A stretch of 64,000 nucleotides of DNA from a virus, in the IMG/VR virus record IMGVR_UViG_3300030687_000017. One strand, 5' to 3'. The notes under the pieces are model-generated. The model was given only the letters and a program-made list of their open reading frames with translations. It did no database searches and was not told the DNA's origin. The position numbers were made by a program, and so were the translations under genes. Below are positions 28,552 through 37,423 of the stretch, one piece after another (position 1 is the first letter of the stretch; each line of letters opens with the position of its first letter).

Positions 28552-31374
28552 GTGAAACCGATGACTATGAGAAAGCTTCTCTTCTTGCTGGGGCTGCTCT
28601 TTGCGGCAGCTCCAGCCGTCGTTTCTGCGCAGACCAACCTGCAGCCTGTGCAGTATCAAAACTACACGCCTACCGGCGCGTGCACGCAGCCAAATTGGCT
28701 CGTCGTTACGGTCAATGTTGGAACGTTTCAGTGCATCAACGGCGCGTGGGTTCAACTCGGTAGCGGCACGGTAAACTGGGCATCACCCGGCGCGATCGGC
28801 ACCGGCACGCCTAACTCTGGCATATTCACGTCCCTAGCAGCCACGGGTGGCCTAGCTCTGGGAACCACACCACCTACATCCTGTTCGCACACCACTGGAT
28901 GCGCTGCGTTTGGTGAATCCGTCACGTCAGGAGCACCCACCGCGGGCGTCGACTACATTCGAGCAGACGCCACCACGCACAGCTTTCTTCAATCACTGAA
29001 TGGCGGCGCGGAGACGCCTTTAAGCATTGGATTGACTAGCTTTACCGTGGCCAATCTTTCGCCGCTGTTTACGGCGGCCTTGGGGGCTAATCCGACTACG
29101 GCACCAGCCCTGGCATTTACGCTCAGCAATGCGTCCGGGAGCACACTGTTCGGCAACTGCACAGGCTCTACAGCGGCACCGAGTTACTGTGCGCTTACGG
29201 TGGCCATGCTGCCAACAGGAATACCGAATAGCAACCTAGCGACTCCCTTTGTGCAACTCTCTGGCGATGCAACCAGCACCTCTACAGGCGGAGCCACTAC
29301 AGTAAAGGGAATCAACGGCACGCTGCTGTCTGGGTTGGGGACTGGGTTGCTTTGGAATACAACTTCTACCGGAGTGCCGTCCATTGCAACAGCCGCGCAG
29401 GTGCTTGGATCGTTCAGCACTAATGTCGTCTATGCATCCAAGATCATCGGCGTGACTCCCGGAGTTGCAGTAGTGCCGGGAAGTTCAGCAACCGGAACCG
29501 TCGACTCGGCAGGGCCAATCAATTCCACCCTCGCTTCGGGGAACATCCACTTGATGATGGATACTGGGGTTGCTCTGAGCACATCTTTAGTCGTTGGATC
29601 GAATACATGGATTGAATGTACGTCCCCTCAGTACGGATTCATCATGCAGGCGGCGGCGAACGTTCCGGTTATCGTCAATGCCCATCAGAACGCCCCGACT
29701 ACTACGAGCGGAACGGGTGGTTATTTAGTCTCGAACCAGACCGATTCCAATATCCGAATCACGGGTTGCACGCTAAATGCGAACTCGCTTCAAGCGGTGA
29801 CAGGCAGTGGCAACGGACAAGGAACGGCGCACACCACAAACGGGTCGAATCTTTGGATCTTCGGCGTCCAACTGCTCAGTGTAAATGGCGTCGTCATGGA
29901 CTATGACGAAATCTATGACTCAGGCACGTACAGCGCGATGTTCTCGAACGATTCGAACGTTTGGCTGAACCACAATTATCTACATCAGATCGTTCCGATG
30001 GTTCTCAAGAAGAACACGGATGGCTTTCACTTCACCGGCCCTGACTCTAATATCTACGAGAGCGAAAATGTCATCGTGTCTGGAGACGACGCCTTAGCTT
30101 GGAATCCCGACGACGGGAACGAGACCTGCTCGACGTGCTATCCAACTGCCATTCACTTTGGATGGATTCAGCATGTGTTCGCAGATAACAACTTGATCGA
30201 CGGGGCCGCTGCCGGGCCTCTTGTCTACAGCAGCACCGAACTCGCCGATGATATTCATATCAACAATACGAGCGGGACAGTGCTTGGCAACGACATAGAG
30301 ATTGCCAAGTTCACGACGGGGAACGGAAATGTTGGATCGGTGCATATCCACCAACACACATCCCAGTCCAACGGCTCTCAAAATCCATATTCTCAGCCTT
30401 ATCTCGGCTACTATATCAATGCGAATTACAAACTAATCGACATCGATGGGCCGACCCTGGTGAATCCAGCGGCTGCCGTTTCTGGCTGGAATTGGATCAC
30501 GCACAACGTAGTCACTCCGGGCGTTCTTTCTATTCACAACGCGACCATCAACACGACGGCAACCACAGTTACGGCGAACCTGATTCAAATCACCGGAGGC
30601 GCAGCTCCGCAGATTCAACTTGGTGGAATCAACTGGGAGGACATCAACACTGGAGCCGCAGCGGTGCTTGGTGGGAGCGTAGTACCGACAAGCCTCACGG
30701 CTTCGAATTGCAGCCTACCGGGTGCTGGACGACTTCTTGCCGGAGGCTTCGCCCCGACCTACCAGAACGGCGATTGCTTCACCAACCTATACCCCGGCGG
30801 TGCGACAGTCTACGTAAACACGATATTCAACGAAGCTGGATCAGGTACGTTGCTTGCAGGAACTGTTCCTGCTACCTGTACGGCGGGCAGCGGCTGCACA
30901 TGGGCTTTGACAGGTGGACAAGACTTCGCTTATGCATCCGGCGGTGGCGTGTCCATCTCGGTACCCAACACCACCGGCAACGAAGACCTAATCAACACCG
31001 GCCAGACAAACGAAACGATTCGTTTCAATCTAGCCACTTGCACTGGGACTTCCACTTCCGCTGTGTGCCAGATTGGAGTGCGCTGGACTAACTCCTCCAA
31101 CTTCACCGCCATCAATATATTGGCAACGACCGGGGCTTACCAAATCTACGATGTGGTGAGCGGAACCGCGAACCTAAAATACACCAGCGCCACAGGTACT
31201 GGAACTGGCAACTACACCATTACACTTTCCAGCACAAGCATCACAGTTGCAGGCCCACAGGCCACAAGCCCTGCCGAGACCATTGCAAACACCGGGACTG
31301 ACATGGGCATCACGATGCAGGGATCGACAGCTACCGGCATGAAGCTGTCATCCATGTCGGCAAAGAGCTTCTAA
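28552..31374 (+). CDS. large (940 aa) secreted beta-rich protein with Sec-type signal peptide
   Basis: MKPMTMRKLLFLLGLLFAAAPAVVSA|QT; the segment PGAIGTGTPNSGIFTSLAATGGLALGTTPPTSCSHTTGCAAFGE..GVDYIRAD aligns with protein 1's C-terminal PGAIGSTTPNSGAFTTLTATSLALGSSPPTCGAGVSGCGAFAE..GVDTIRAD. Confidence 0.6.
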   Translation: MKPMTMRKLLFLLGLLFAAAPAVVSAQTNLQPVQYQNYTPTGACTQPNWLVVTVNVGTFQCINGAWVQLGSGTVNWASPGAIGTGTPNSGIFTSLAATGGLALGTTPPTSCSHTTGCAAFGESVTSGAPTAGVDYIRADATTHSFLQSLNGGAETPLSIGLTSFTVANLSPLFTAALGANPTTAPALAFTLSNASGSTLFGNCTGSTAAPSYCALTVAMLPTGIPNSNLATPFVQLSGDATSTSTGGATTVKGINGTLLSGLGTGLLWNTTSTGVPSIATAAQVLGSFSTNVVYASKIIGVTPGVAVVPGSSATGTVDSAGPINSTLASGNIHLMMDTGVALSTSLVVGSNTWIECTSPQYGFIMQAAANVPVIVNAHQNAPTTTSGTGGYLVSNQTDSNIRITGCTLNANSLQAVTGSGNGQGTAHTTNGSNLWIFGVQLLSVNGVVMDYDEIYDSGTYSAMFSNDSNVWLNHNYLHQIVPMVLKKNTDGFHFTGPDSNIYESENVIVSGDDALAWNPDDGNETCSTCYPTAIHFGWIQHVFADNNLIDGAAAGPLVYSSTELADDIHINNTSGTVLGNDIEIAKFTTGNGNVGSVHIHQHTSQSNGSQNPYSQPYLGYYINANYKLIDIDGPTLVNPAAAVSGWNWITHNVVTPGVLSIHNATINTTATTVTANLIQITGGAAPQIQLGGINWEDINTGAAAVLGGSVVPTSLTASNCSLPGAGRLLAGGFAPTYQNGDCFTNLYPGGATVYVNTIFNEAGSGTLLAGTVPATCTAGSGCTWALTGGQDFAYASGGGVSISVPNTTGNEDLINTGQTNETIRFNLATCTGTSTSAVCQIGVRWTNSSNFTAINILATTGAYQIYDVVSGTANLKYTSATGTGTGNYTITLSSTSITVAGPQATSPAETIANTGTDMGITMQGSTATGMKLSSMSAKSF

Positions 31375-33536
31375 TGAGACTCCTACTCCTATCTACGCTG
31401 CTTCTGATGTGCTCGGCCCCCGCGTGGGGCACGACTTGGTTCGTCCGCCCTGGCGGCGGAACGAGGTACTCGACCTCGGTGACCGCAGGCCAGTGCAACG
31501 GGCAGGCGGACGCCGATTATCCTGGCACGGGCACAGATCAGCCATGCGCCTACAACGACATCCGATACCTATGGAGCGACAACAGCGGGAGCAACCCGGC
31601 ATGGGTCATCGCTGGCGGGGATACGGTAGTCATCCGTGGATGTCACGCGCTCGCGGGGCAAACAAACCCATCGAATCCCAACTGCCGGCTGGGCTACGAC
31701 AACGCGTTGAACGGCAATCCGCCCAACCAATGGTGCGGTTCCGGCAACGGTAACACAGGGTGCTTCAACCCCCCAATCCCAGCGGGAACCTCGGGAGCGC
31801 ACACGAAGATCCTCGGAGGCTGCGCGTACGGGACCTACACATGCACGCCAATCAACAACAACTACCCCTATGGCGCTACCAATGAGACACAGTTGTTCGG
31901 GGGCTTCGGGCTTGTCTTCACGTTCAACCTGCAATCGACGCAGCATGTGGACATCCAGGGCATCGAGTTGACGACGCACAACGGCGTCTGCACCTACCAG
32001 ACGGGTTCCCCGGCCTATCCGCGCGGCTGCTCCAACAGCCCTCCCTACGACGACTACGCGGTGACGGGCTTCATCTTCAACAATCAGTCTGCGGACATCA
32101 ACCTTCAGGATGTCTATGTTCACGGATTTACGGCCTCGGGACTGTTCGGACCTATTGGCGGAACGATCAATTTAACTAGGGTTTTCTCTGGCTTCAACGC
32201 ATTTGCTGGATGGAATTTCGACGATGCCAACCTCTTTAATAACAACAGCACACAATATTCCATAGACAGTAGCAATAACGTAACTATAATTGCTCCCGCA
32301 GGCACGCCAAACCCTACAAATGGCTTGAATCCAGGAATGATCGTAACCCTCTCCGCCTTTGGAACCTCAACGTTCCTAAACGGTCAAGTGATCTCTATAA
32401 CTTCTGTTACTTCAACACAGTTCACTGGTCCCCTCCAAACACCTCATGCCGCTGTGGGTCTCACCACAGAGAGCGGTCATTGGATCAACAATTCTACCCC
32501 TGACTATCCAGGGTCAAGCATCAACGCACAGTACGTGACGCAAATCTTCAATGGCTGCTACGAGCAGTATCCCATCACCAATACCTACCCGGCGCAGGTC
32601 TGCTACGACACCAACTCAGCAGGCTTTGGAGATAGTTGGAGCGGGCAGAACACGCCCTTGGTCTCGTTCACCTGCAACTATTGCGTGGACGACTACAACA
32701 CGAAGGACGGCTTCATTGGCCCACACGTCGAGACCGCGAACATCACGATCACCAACTCCGTTGCAATTGGCAACATGGGATCGAACTGGAAGTGGGGCGG
32801 GGACGACTCGGTGGTCAACACGACCCTATTCGAGAACAACCTCACGGTCAATAACTGTTCAAGGATGAGCGCGTCCATCACCGGAGCTCCGTCAACCTAC
32901 AACCAGTACCTGACGGGCTTCTGCCGCGCTGGCGGCAACGGCATGGCCTCGGTGATCCCAACGGGCTCGACCTGGAACCTGATCAACAACACATTCATCA
33001 CGGCTCAGCAGATAGCCATATTCGTGGCCTGCAACGGCGCGGACTCCACCTGCCCATCGACCATCAACTCCACCAACAACGTGTTCCTTGGCTACGTCGA
33101 TCCGAACAACCCCTACGGTGGAACCAACGTCCCCACGGTCTACGACTTCACCAACGGGCCGGGAACGGGGCCATCGGGCATCACGCTGAACGTCTCGCAC
33201 AATGATGAGTTTGGCATGCGGAGTGGAACATGTCCATCGACTACGAATGGAACGATTTGCGTCAGTCCGCTTCTGTTGAATCAGCCCTCGCAGACGTGGG
33301 TGAGCGAAGCGGCTCTGGACGTGTTCAACCCCCTTGTAGCAAGAAACTCCTTCTACCCAACATCTGGCAGCCCCCTGCTGGCGTCAGACACGACAGGCGG
33401 CCCGTCAACCGACTACTACATGGTGACCCGGCCAGTACCGGGAGCCATCGGAGCGGTTGAGTACCTTGCACCACCCGCCTTCATAGGCTCCCAGTTTTCC
33501 AGCGGCTCGGCATTCAGCAAAGGAACTTCATTCTAA
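31374..33536 (+). CDS. large (720 aa) secreted protein, probable right-handed beta-helix (pectate-lyase-fold) carbohydrate-active protein
   Basis: MRLLLLSTLLLMCSAPAWG|TTWFVRPGGGTRY (signal peptide then a W[FY]VxPxGxD/G-type beta-helix N-cap); Asn/Gly/Thr-rich repeats, many Cys. Confidence 0.55.
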   Translation: MRLLLLSTLLLMCSAPAWGTTWFVRPGGGTRYSTSVTAGQCNGQADADYPGTGTDQPCAYNDIRYLWSDNSGSNPAWVIAGGDTVVIRGCHALAGQTNPSNPNCRLGYDNALNGNPPNQWCGSGNGNTGCFNPPIPAGTSGAHTKILGGCAYGTYTCTPINNNYPYGATNETQLFGGFGLVFTFNLQSTQHVDIQGIELTTHNGVCTYQTGSPAYPRGCSNSPPYDDYAVTGFIFNNQSADINLQDVYVHGFTASGLFGPIGGTINLTRVFSGFNAFAGWNFDDANLFNNNSTQYSIDSSNNVTIIAPAGTPNPTNGLNPGMIVTLSAFGTSTFLNGQVISITSVTSTQFTGPLQTPHAAVGLTTESGHWINNSTPDYPGSSINAQYVTQIFNGCYEQYPITNTYPAQVCYDTNSAGFGDSWSGQNTPLVSFTCNYCVDDYNTKDGFIGPHVETANITITNSVAIGNMGSNWKWGGDDSVVNTTLFENNLTVNNCSRMSASITGAPSTYNQYLTGFCRAGGNGMASVIPTGSTWNLINNTFITAQQIAIFVACNGADSTCPSTINSTNNVFLGYVDPNNPYGGTNVPTVYDFTNGPGTGPSGITLNVSHNDEFGMRSGTCPSTTNGTICVSPLLLNQPSQTWVSEAALDVFNPLVARNSFYPTSGSPLLASDTTGGPSTDYYMVTRPVPGAIGAVEYLAPPAFIGSQFSSGSAFSKGTSF

Positions 33537-34057
33537 TGGCCAACTTCGACGTCAGCTACGCATGGATCATGACTTCGGAAGACCCGACATATCATTACGC
33601 CATGGTGCCCGATCCGCCACCTGGCGCGCACGCCATCTCCGGCATCAACAGTCACTCCTTCCCGTCTGAATTCGCCGCCATAAACGCCGTACCACAAGCA
33701 GATCGCGGACCAGCCGTGCGAAACTTCTATCAGACCAAGTTCTGGAACCAGTGGTACGCGGCGCTGGCTACCGACGACCTAGCCAAGCGAGTATTCGATG
33801 AGGCGGTCAACGGCGGACCTGGTACGGCGGTATTCATGCTGCAGCGCGCCGTCAACACGCTGCTGCCGGAGGATGCTCAGATAAATGTGGATGGCGGTTG
33901 GGGCTCGAATACGGTAGGAGCGGCTAACTACTGCGACCAACCAACCCTGGTAGCAAACTTCATCACGGCGCGCATCACGCACTACAAGGCGATAGCGTCC
34001 GGCAACCCAACTCTCGCATCTGACTTGCCTGAGTGGATAGCGAGGGCAGAACGATGA
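33536..34057 (+). CDS. endolysin, GH108-family lysozyme domain
   Basis: Motifs FDEAVNGGPGTAVFMLQRAVN...VDGGWGSNTVGAAN match the GH108 pattern (fDxxvNxG...LQxalg..DGxxGxxT). Confidence 0.6.
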   Translation: MANFDVSYAWIMTSEDPTYHYAMVPDPPPGAHAISGINSHSFPSEFAAINAVPQADRGPAVRNFYQTKFWNQWYAALATDDLAKRVFDEAVNGGPGTAVFMLQRAVNTLLPEDAQINVDGGWGSNTVGAANYCDQPTLVANFITARITHYKAIASGNPTLASDLPEWIARAER

Positions 34058-34296
34058 ACTCACACACGTACGCATTGACCGACCCGGTAGCGCTGGTCGC
34101 CAAGCTGCGATCACTGGGCGGTCCAGCCGTGGATCCCACGCAGCCCACCGGAACGGCCACCGCCGACGGCGTGACGCTGGCATGGTCTGTCACTGCGAAG
34201 CAGGTCACCATCATCATAATCAAGCTGCCGTTCTTCGTCTCAAATGACGAAGTCTGGAGCCACGTAGAGAAAGTACTAGGAGACCCAATCGCATGA
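34054..34296 (+). CDS. hypothetical small protein in the lysis cassette (about 80 aa)
   Basis: ATG 34054 after GGGCAGAA; overlaps the endolysin 3' end by 4 nt. Confidence 0.35.
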   Translation: MNSHTYALTDPVALVAKLRSLGGPAVDPTQPTGTATADGVTLAWSVTAKQVTIIIIKLPFFVSNDEVWSHVEKVLGDPIA

Positions 34297-34574
34297 ACCT
34301 GACCATCAACGGCAAAGCAATCAAGAAGCAAACCCTGATCATCCTGGGCTTGATCGCCACGGGTGCCGCCGCGAGCCAAGTTACGGCCGTCAACCATTTT
34401 CTCAGCTACCATCCACGCCTAGCGCCGCTCGGTCAGTTTCTATTGGCCGCGATCGCAGTTCTGCACACTCCATACGTCGAACAGATCCTGTTTCACCAAC
34501 AGGAGCAACAACCGGACGGAACGGAAGTAGACACCAAGGTGTCGGTTACCCCTGGCGCACCACCAACCAAGTAA
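34293..34574 (+). CDS. holin-like membrane protein
   Basis: 93 aa with two hydrophobic helices (LIILGLIATGAAA..., FLLAAIAVLH) and a charged C-terminus; adjacent to the endolysin. Confidence 0.45.
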   Translation: MNLTINGKAIKKQTLIILGLIATGAAASQVTAVNHFLSYHPRLAPLGQFLLAAIAVLHTPYVEQILFHQQEQQPDGTEVDTKVSVTPGAPPTK

Positions 34575-34589
34575 GCAAGGAGACTGAAT

Positions 34590-35129
34590 ATGAAAAATCT
34601 TATCGCAGGAATTACAAAGGGCTCGGTAGTCGCCGCCCTTTGCCTAACACTGTGCGCCGCGCCAATGGTGGGCTGCACCGGCTCGCAAGTGGTCAATGAG
34701 GTCAACGTGGTACTGACCGAGGCAGTGAACATTCTGGCGGTAGCGCAGCCTAATGCTCCTTGGGCACCGCAGTTGAAGGCTGCAGTGGCCGCACTGCAGA
34801 CCGCAGAGGCGACGTGGCAGGCTGGCGGTACGGTGGTCATCGTAGAGGACGCGCTCAATACCATCGTAGCTATTACGGCAGCCATCCCGCTTACGGCCGC
34901 ATACTCTCCGCTGATCGATGTGCTAGTTGCCGGTATTGAGGCAATCCTGGCTGCACTGCCGCCGAGCACTGTGGCGCCTACACCAGTAGTGGCAGCCTCC
35001 CATAACCCGCACATCGGGCGCGTGCAAATCAAGCACCACATGCTGCATAGTCGCGTCAGTGACTTCAAGGCAGCCTGGAACGCCGCCGTGAAGGCCGACT
35101 CGCGTTTGGCCGGTGCTGAACTAAAGTAA
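34590..35129 (+). CDS. lipoprotein (possible spanin component)
   Basis: N-terminal signal with lipobox-like ...AAPMVGC (and LTLC); Ala-rich helical remainder; lysis-cassette context suggests a Gram-negative host. Confidence 0.45.
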   Translation: MKNLIAGITKGSVVAALCLTLCAAPMVGCTGSQVVNEVNVVLTEAVNILAVAQPNAPWAPQLKAAVAALQTAEATWQAGGTVVIVEDALNTIVAITAAIPLTAAYSPLIDVLVAGIEAILAALPPSTVAPTPVVAASHNPHIGRVQIKHHMLHSRVSDFKAAWNAAVKADSRLAGAELK

Positions 35130-35204
35130 CCTTCGGCAAGCAGGGAGTCGGCCTTCGGGTCGGCTCCCTTTCTTCTTTGCACGCAACATTGGAAGGACTG
35201 AAAC

Positions 35205-35966
35205 ATGGGATTCAAATACGGAAAGAACGCCCCGAAGCGCAGGCTGAGTATGCCGTCACTTAGCGATTTCCTGGACAAGGCTGATACGTGGCCTGTCGCG
35301 CCCGCGCACGGCTGGGAGTACGCCGTGCCAGACGCCGCGCTCAGCATCCTGGGTAACGACCAGTGGGGTGACTGTGCGTGCGCCGGGGCACTGCACCTTA
35401 TACAAGCGCAGAGCTACAACACTGGCCGTCCAGTGCAGCCGACCACCGCCGATGCGCTCAGTCTGTATTCCGCCGTAACCGGGTTCAACATAAACGCCGG
35501 TCCATCCGGAGACAACCCGACCGACCAAGGCACGGCTCTGACCGACCTGTTGACCTACTGGCAAAAGATTGGCGTGCAAGTGGGAGTCTCCGCGCACAAG
35601 ATACTCGCCTACGCGGCGCTGGATGTATCCAGCCTTGCGCAGATGAAGTGGGCCGCGTACACGTTCGGTGGACTGTACCTTGGCATACAGTGCCCGGAGC
35701 AGTGCCAGCAGAACACGTCCAATTGGAACTTCGCGCCGGGTCTGAAGCCCGAAGGTGGCCACTGCATCGTGCAGCTCGGCGAAGGTGCGGCCGGCGGCAC
35801 TGTCAATAGCTGGGGCATGAAGATTCCGATGTCGAACGAGTTCATGCTTGGCTACATCGACGAAGGGTACGTCATTGTCACGGAGGACTGGGTGAACCAA
35901 AACAGCGGCAAGACGCCGTCTGGACTTGACCTGACCGGCCTGCTGGCAGCGGCCAAGAAGGTGTAG
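35205..35966 (+). CDS. papain-family (C1-like) cysteine peptidase
   Basis: Catalytic-site pattern visible: Q..WGDCAC (Gln-x5-Cys), GGHCIVQLGEG (His), VNSWG...GY (Asn in NSWG), order Cys-His-Asn as in papain. Confidence 0.55.
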   Translation: MGFKYGKNAPKRRLSMPSLSDFLDKADTWPVAPAHGWEYAVPDAALSILGNDQWGDCACAGALHLIQAQSYNTGRPVQPTTADALSLYSAVTGFNINAGPSGDNPTDQGTALTDLLTYWQKIGVQVGVSAHKILAYAALDVSSLAQMKWAAYTFGGLYLGIQCPEQCQQNTSNWNFAPGLKPEGGHCIVQLGEGAAGGTVNSWGMKIPMSNEFMLGYIDEGYVIVTEDWVNQNSGKTPSGLDLTGLLAAAKKV

Positions 35967-35968
35967 CC

Positions 35969-36511
35969 ATGACTGAAAGCACGTACGCTCTTGTGTGGGA
36001 TCGCAGCTGGGCTCTGCAATTCGACCAGAACCAGAAATATCTGGTAATACGCTTTATCGATGAACCAGGAATAATATCCGGGCTCATCACGTGGACCACC
36101 GACAGTAAGTGGTGCCACACCGAGGCTCTAAGCCGCGATGGTCAACACTGGGTAGGGGCACATTCCGGAACAGGAGTTAACTCTAGGCCACTGAACTGGT
36201 GCAAACCGACGCGGGAACGCCGCTACGCCATACCGGTCACGGATGCCGAGTACGAGACGGCCATGACCTGGCTGGAATCGAAGATCGGGTGCCCGTACGA
36301 CTACGCGGACATAGTTGGTCTATTCATACACGCGCGCATCGGTGTGGACAACCATCTGCTGATATGCTCCGCGTTGATGACGCTGTTCATGCAGCAGGCA
36401 GACAAGTGGCCGCTCAACTGTCTAGAGGACGAAGACAACCTCGTCACACCCGAGACGCTGCACCTGAGCCCTCTATTCATGAACCACTGCATTTACGCGT
36501 TGGCAGCGTAG
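35969..36511 (+). CDS. permuted papain-fold peptidase-like protein (YiiX/C92-like)
   Basis: CHTEAL...GAHSGTGV followed by ...YDYADIVGLF...LICSALM (His before Cys, permuted order); recalled family pattern only. Confidence 0.4.
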   Translation: MTESTYALVWDRSWALQFDQNQKYLVIRFIDEPGIISGLITWTTDSKWCHTEALSRDGQHWVGAHSGTGVNSRPLNWCKPTRERRYAIPVTDAEYETAMTWLESKIGCPYDYADIVGLFIHARIGVDNHLLICSALMTLFMQQADKWPLNCLEDEDNLVTPETLHLSPLFMNHCIYALAA

Positions 36512-36519
36512 ACAAGTAA

Positions 36520-36578
36520 GACCCGGCTGGCTGGTACTCAGAACATCGAGTGCCAGCCAGCCGGGTCTTTTGTCGTTT
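36520..36578. terminator. bidirectional rho-independent terminator at the convergence point of the two modules
   Basis: 15-bp GC-rich stem GACCCGGCTGGCTGG/CCAGCCAGCCGGGTC with 18-nt loop, followed by TTTTGTCGTTT on + and preceded by an A/T-poor but stable context on -. Confidence 0.7.
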
Positions 36579-36861
36579 AAGACTTCTCATCCGGATAGTA
36601 CACTTCGATCAGCTTCTGTAGGAAGTGCTGTGCTTTCTTCAGGTCTTCCAGGCCGTTCTTACCGAGGAAGCGTAATGTGTACTTGGCCACCTGTCCAACC
36701 AAGTATGGCATCTTGGCATACAGATCCCAGTGCTGAATAATTTTATGACAGTGAGGACACACCGCCGACGCCTCTTGATAGTGACTACCTCCTACCTGCG
36801 TATCGTTAGCCTTGCTACTCGAAGACGTTGAATTCCGGACCTGCTTCACTACGGGTTTCAC
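36577..36861 (-). CDS. DUF3310-family phage protein
   Basis: Hallmark VGGSHYQ motif and KYTLRFLGK...DLKKAQHFL. Confidence 0.55.
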   Translation of the reverse strand: MKPVVKQVRNSTSSSSKANDTQVGGSHYQEASAVCPHCHKIIQHWDLYAKMPYLVGQVAKYTLRFLGKNGLEDLKKAQHFLQKLIEVYYPDEKS

Positions 36862-37423
36862 GATAGATCTCCTTTATAGCTTCGTACATGTTAGAGGCGC
36901 GCAGCGCGATGTCCAAGGGTACTTCCGTATTTACCGTGAGTGTTTCGATGTATGAACAGAATCGCTTCCAGATCAGCATGACGTTCTTGTTACCTAAGGC
37001 AAGCTCACGGCAGCAATACAGCAGACCATCAAAGCAGTCAGCCAGCTTAAGGATGAGCAACTCCTCCGGATCCAACCATTGCTCATAATCCAGGTCGTAC
37101 TTACGCAGCGTCTTCTGCTCCCAGTCATGGACTAGGTCAGACAGGCCCATCATGCGCTTGGCTGGAGCGCTGATGTCTGACGCTGCTTGCTCGGCCAGAT
37201 CATGCGTTAGCGCTGCCATAAGCAACATGGCGCTGGCTTGCGTACGACCCTCGGCATCTTTGCCGGCCAGTAAACTGCACCAAAGAGCAACGCCGAACGA
37301 GTGTGACGCATCGGTGTCTGTGCGTAAGCCTGGACGTGCGTGGTAGCGAATTACACTACCGCCCTCGTAAATGAATTGCAGGAGTTCTTTCACTTCCGCC
37401 TCCGTTCTTTCCACTCGTAGCAC
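36815..37423 (-). CDS. HD-domain phosphohydrolase (YfbR-like 5'-deoxynucleotidase type)
   Basis: RYHARPG...TDTDASHSFGVALW (H..D) and LTHDLAE (HD) motifs. Confidence 0.7.
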   Translation of the reverse strand: MLRVERTEAEVKELLQFIYEGGSVIRYHARPGLRTDTDASHSFGVALWCSLLAGKDAEGRTQASAMLLMAALTHDLAEQAASDISAPAKRMMGLSDLVHDWEQKTLRKYDLDYEQWLDPEELLILKLADCFDGLLYCCRELALGNKNVMLIWKRFCSYIETLTVNTEVPLDIALRASNMYEAIKEIYRETRSEAGPEFNVFE

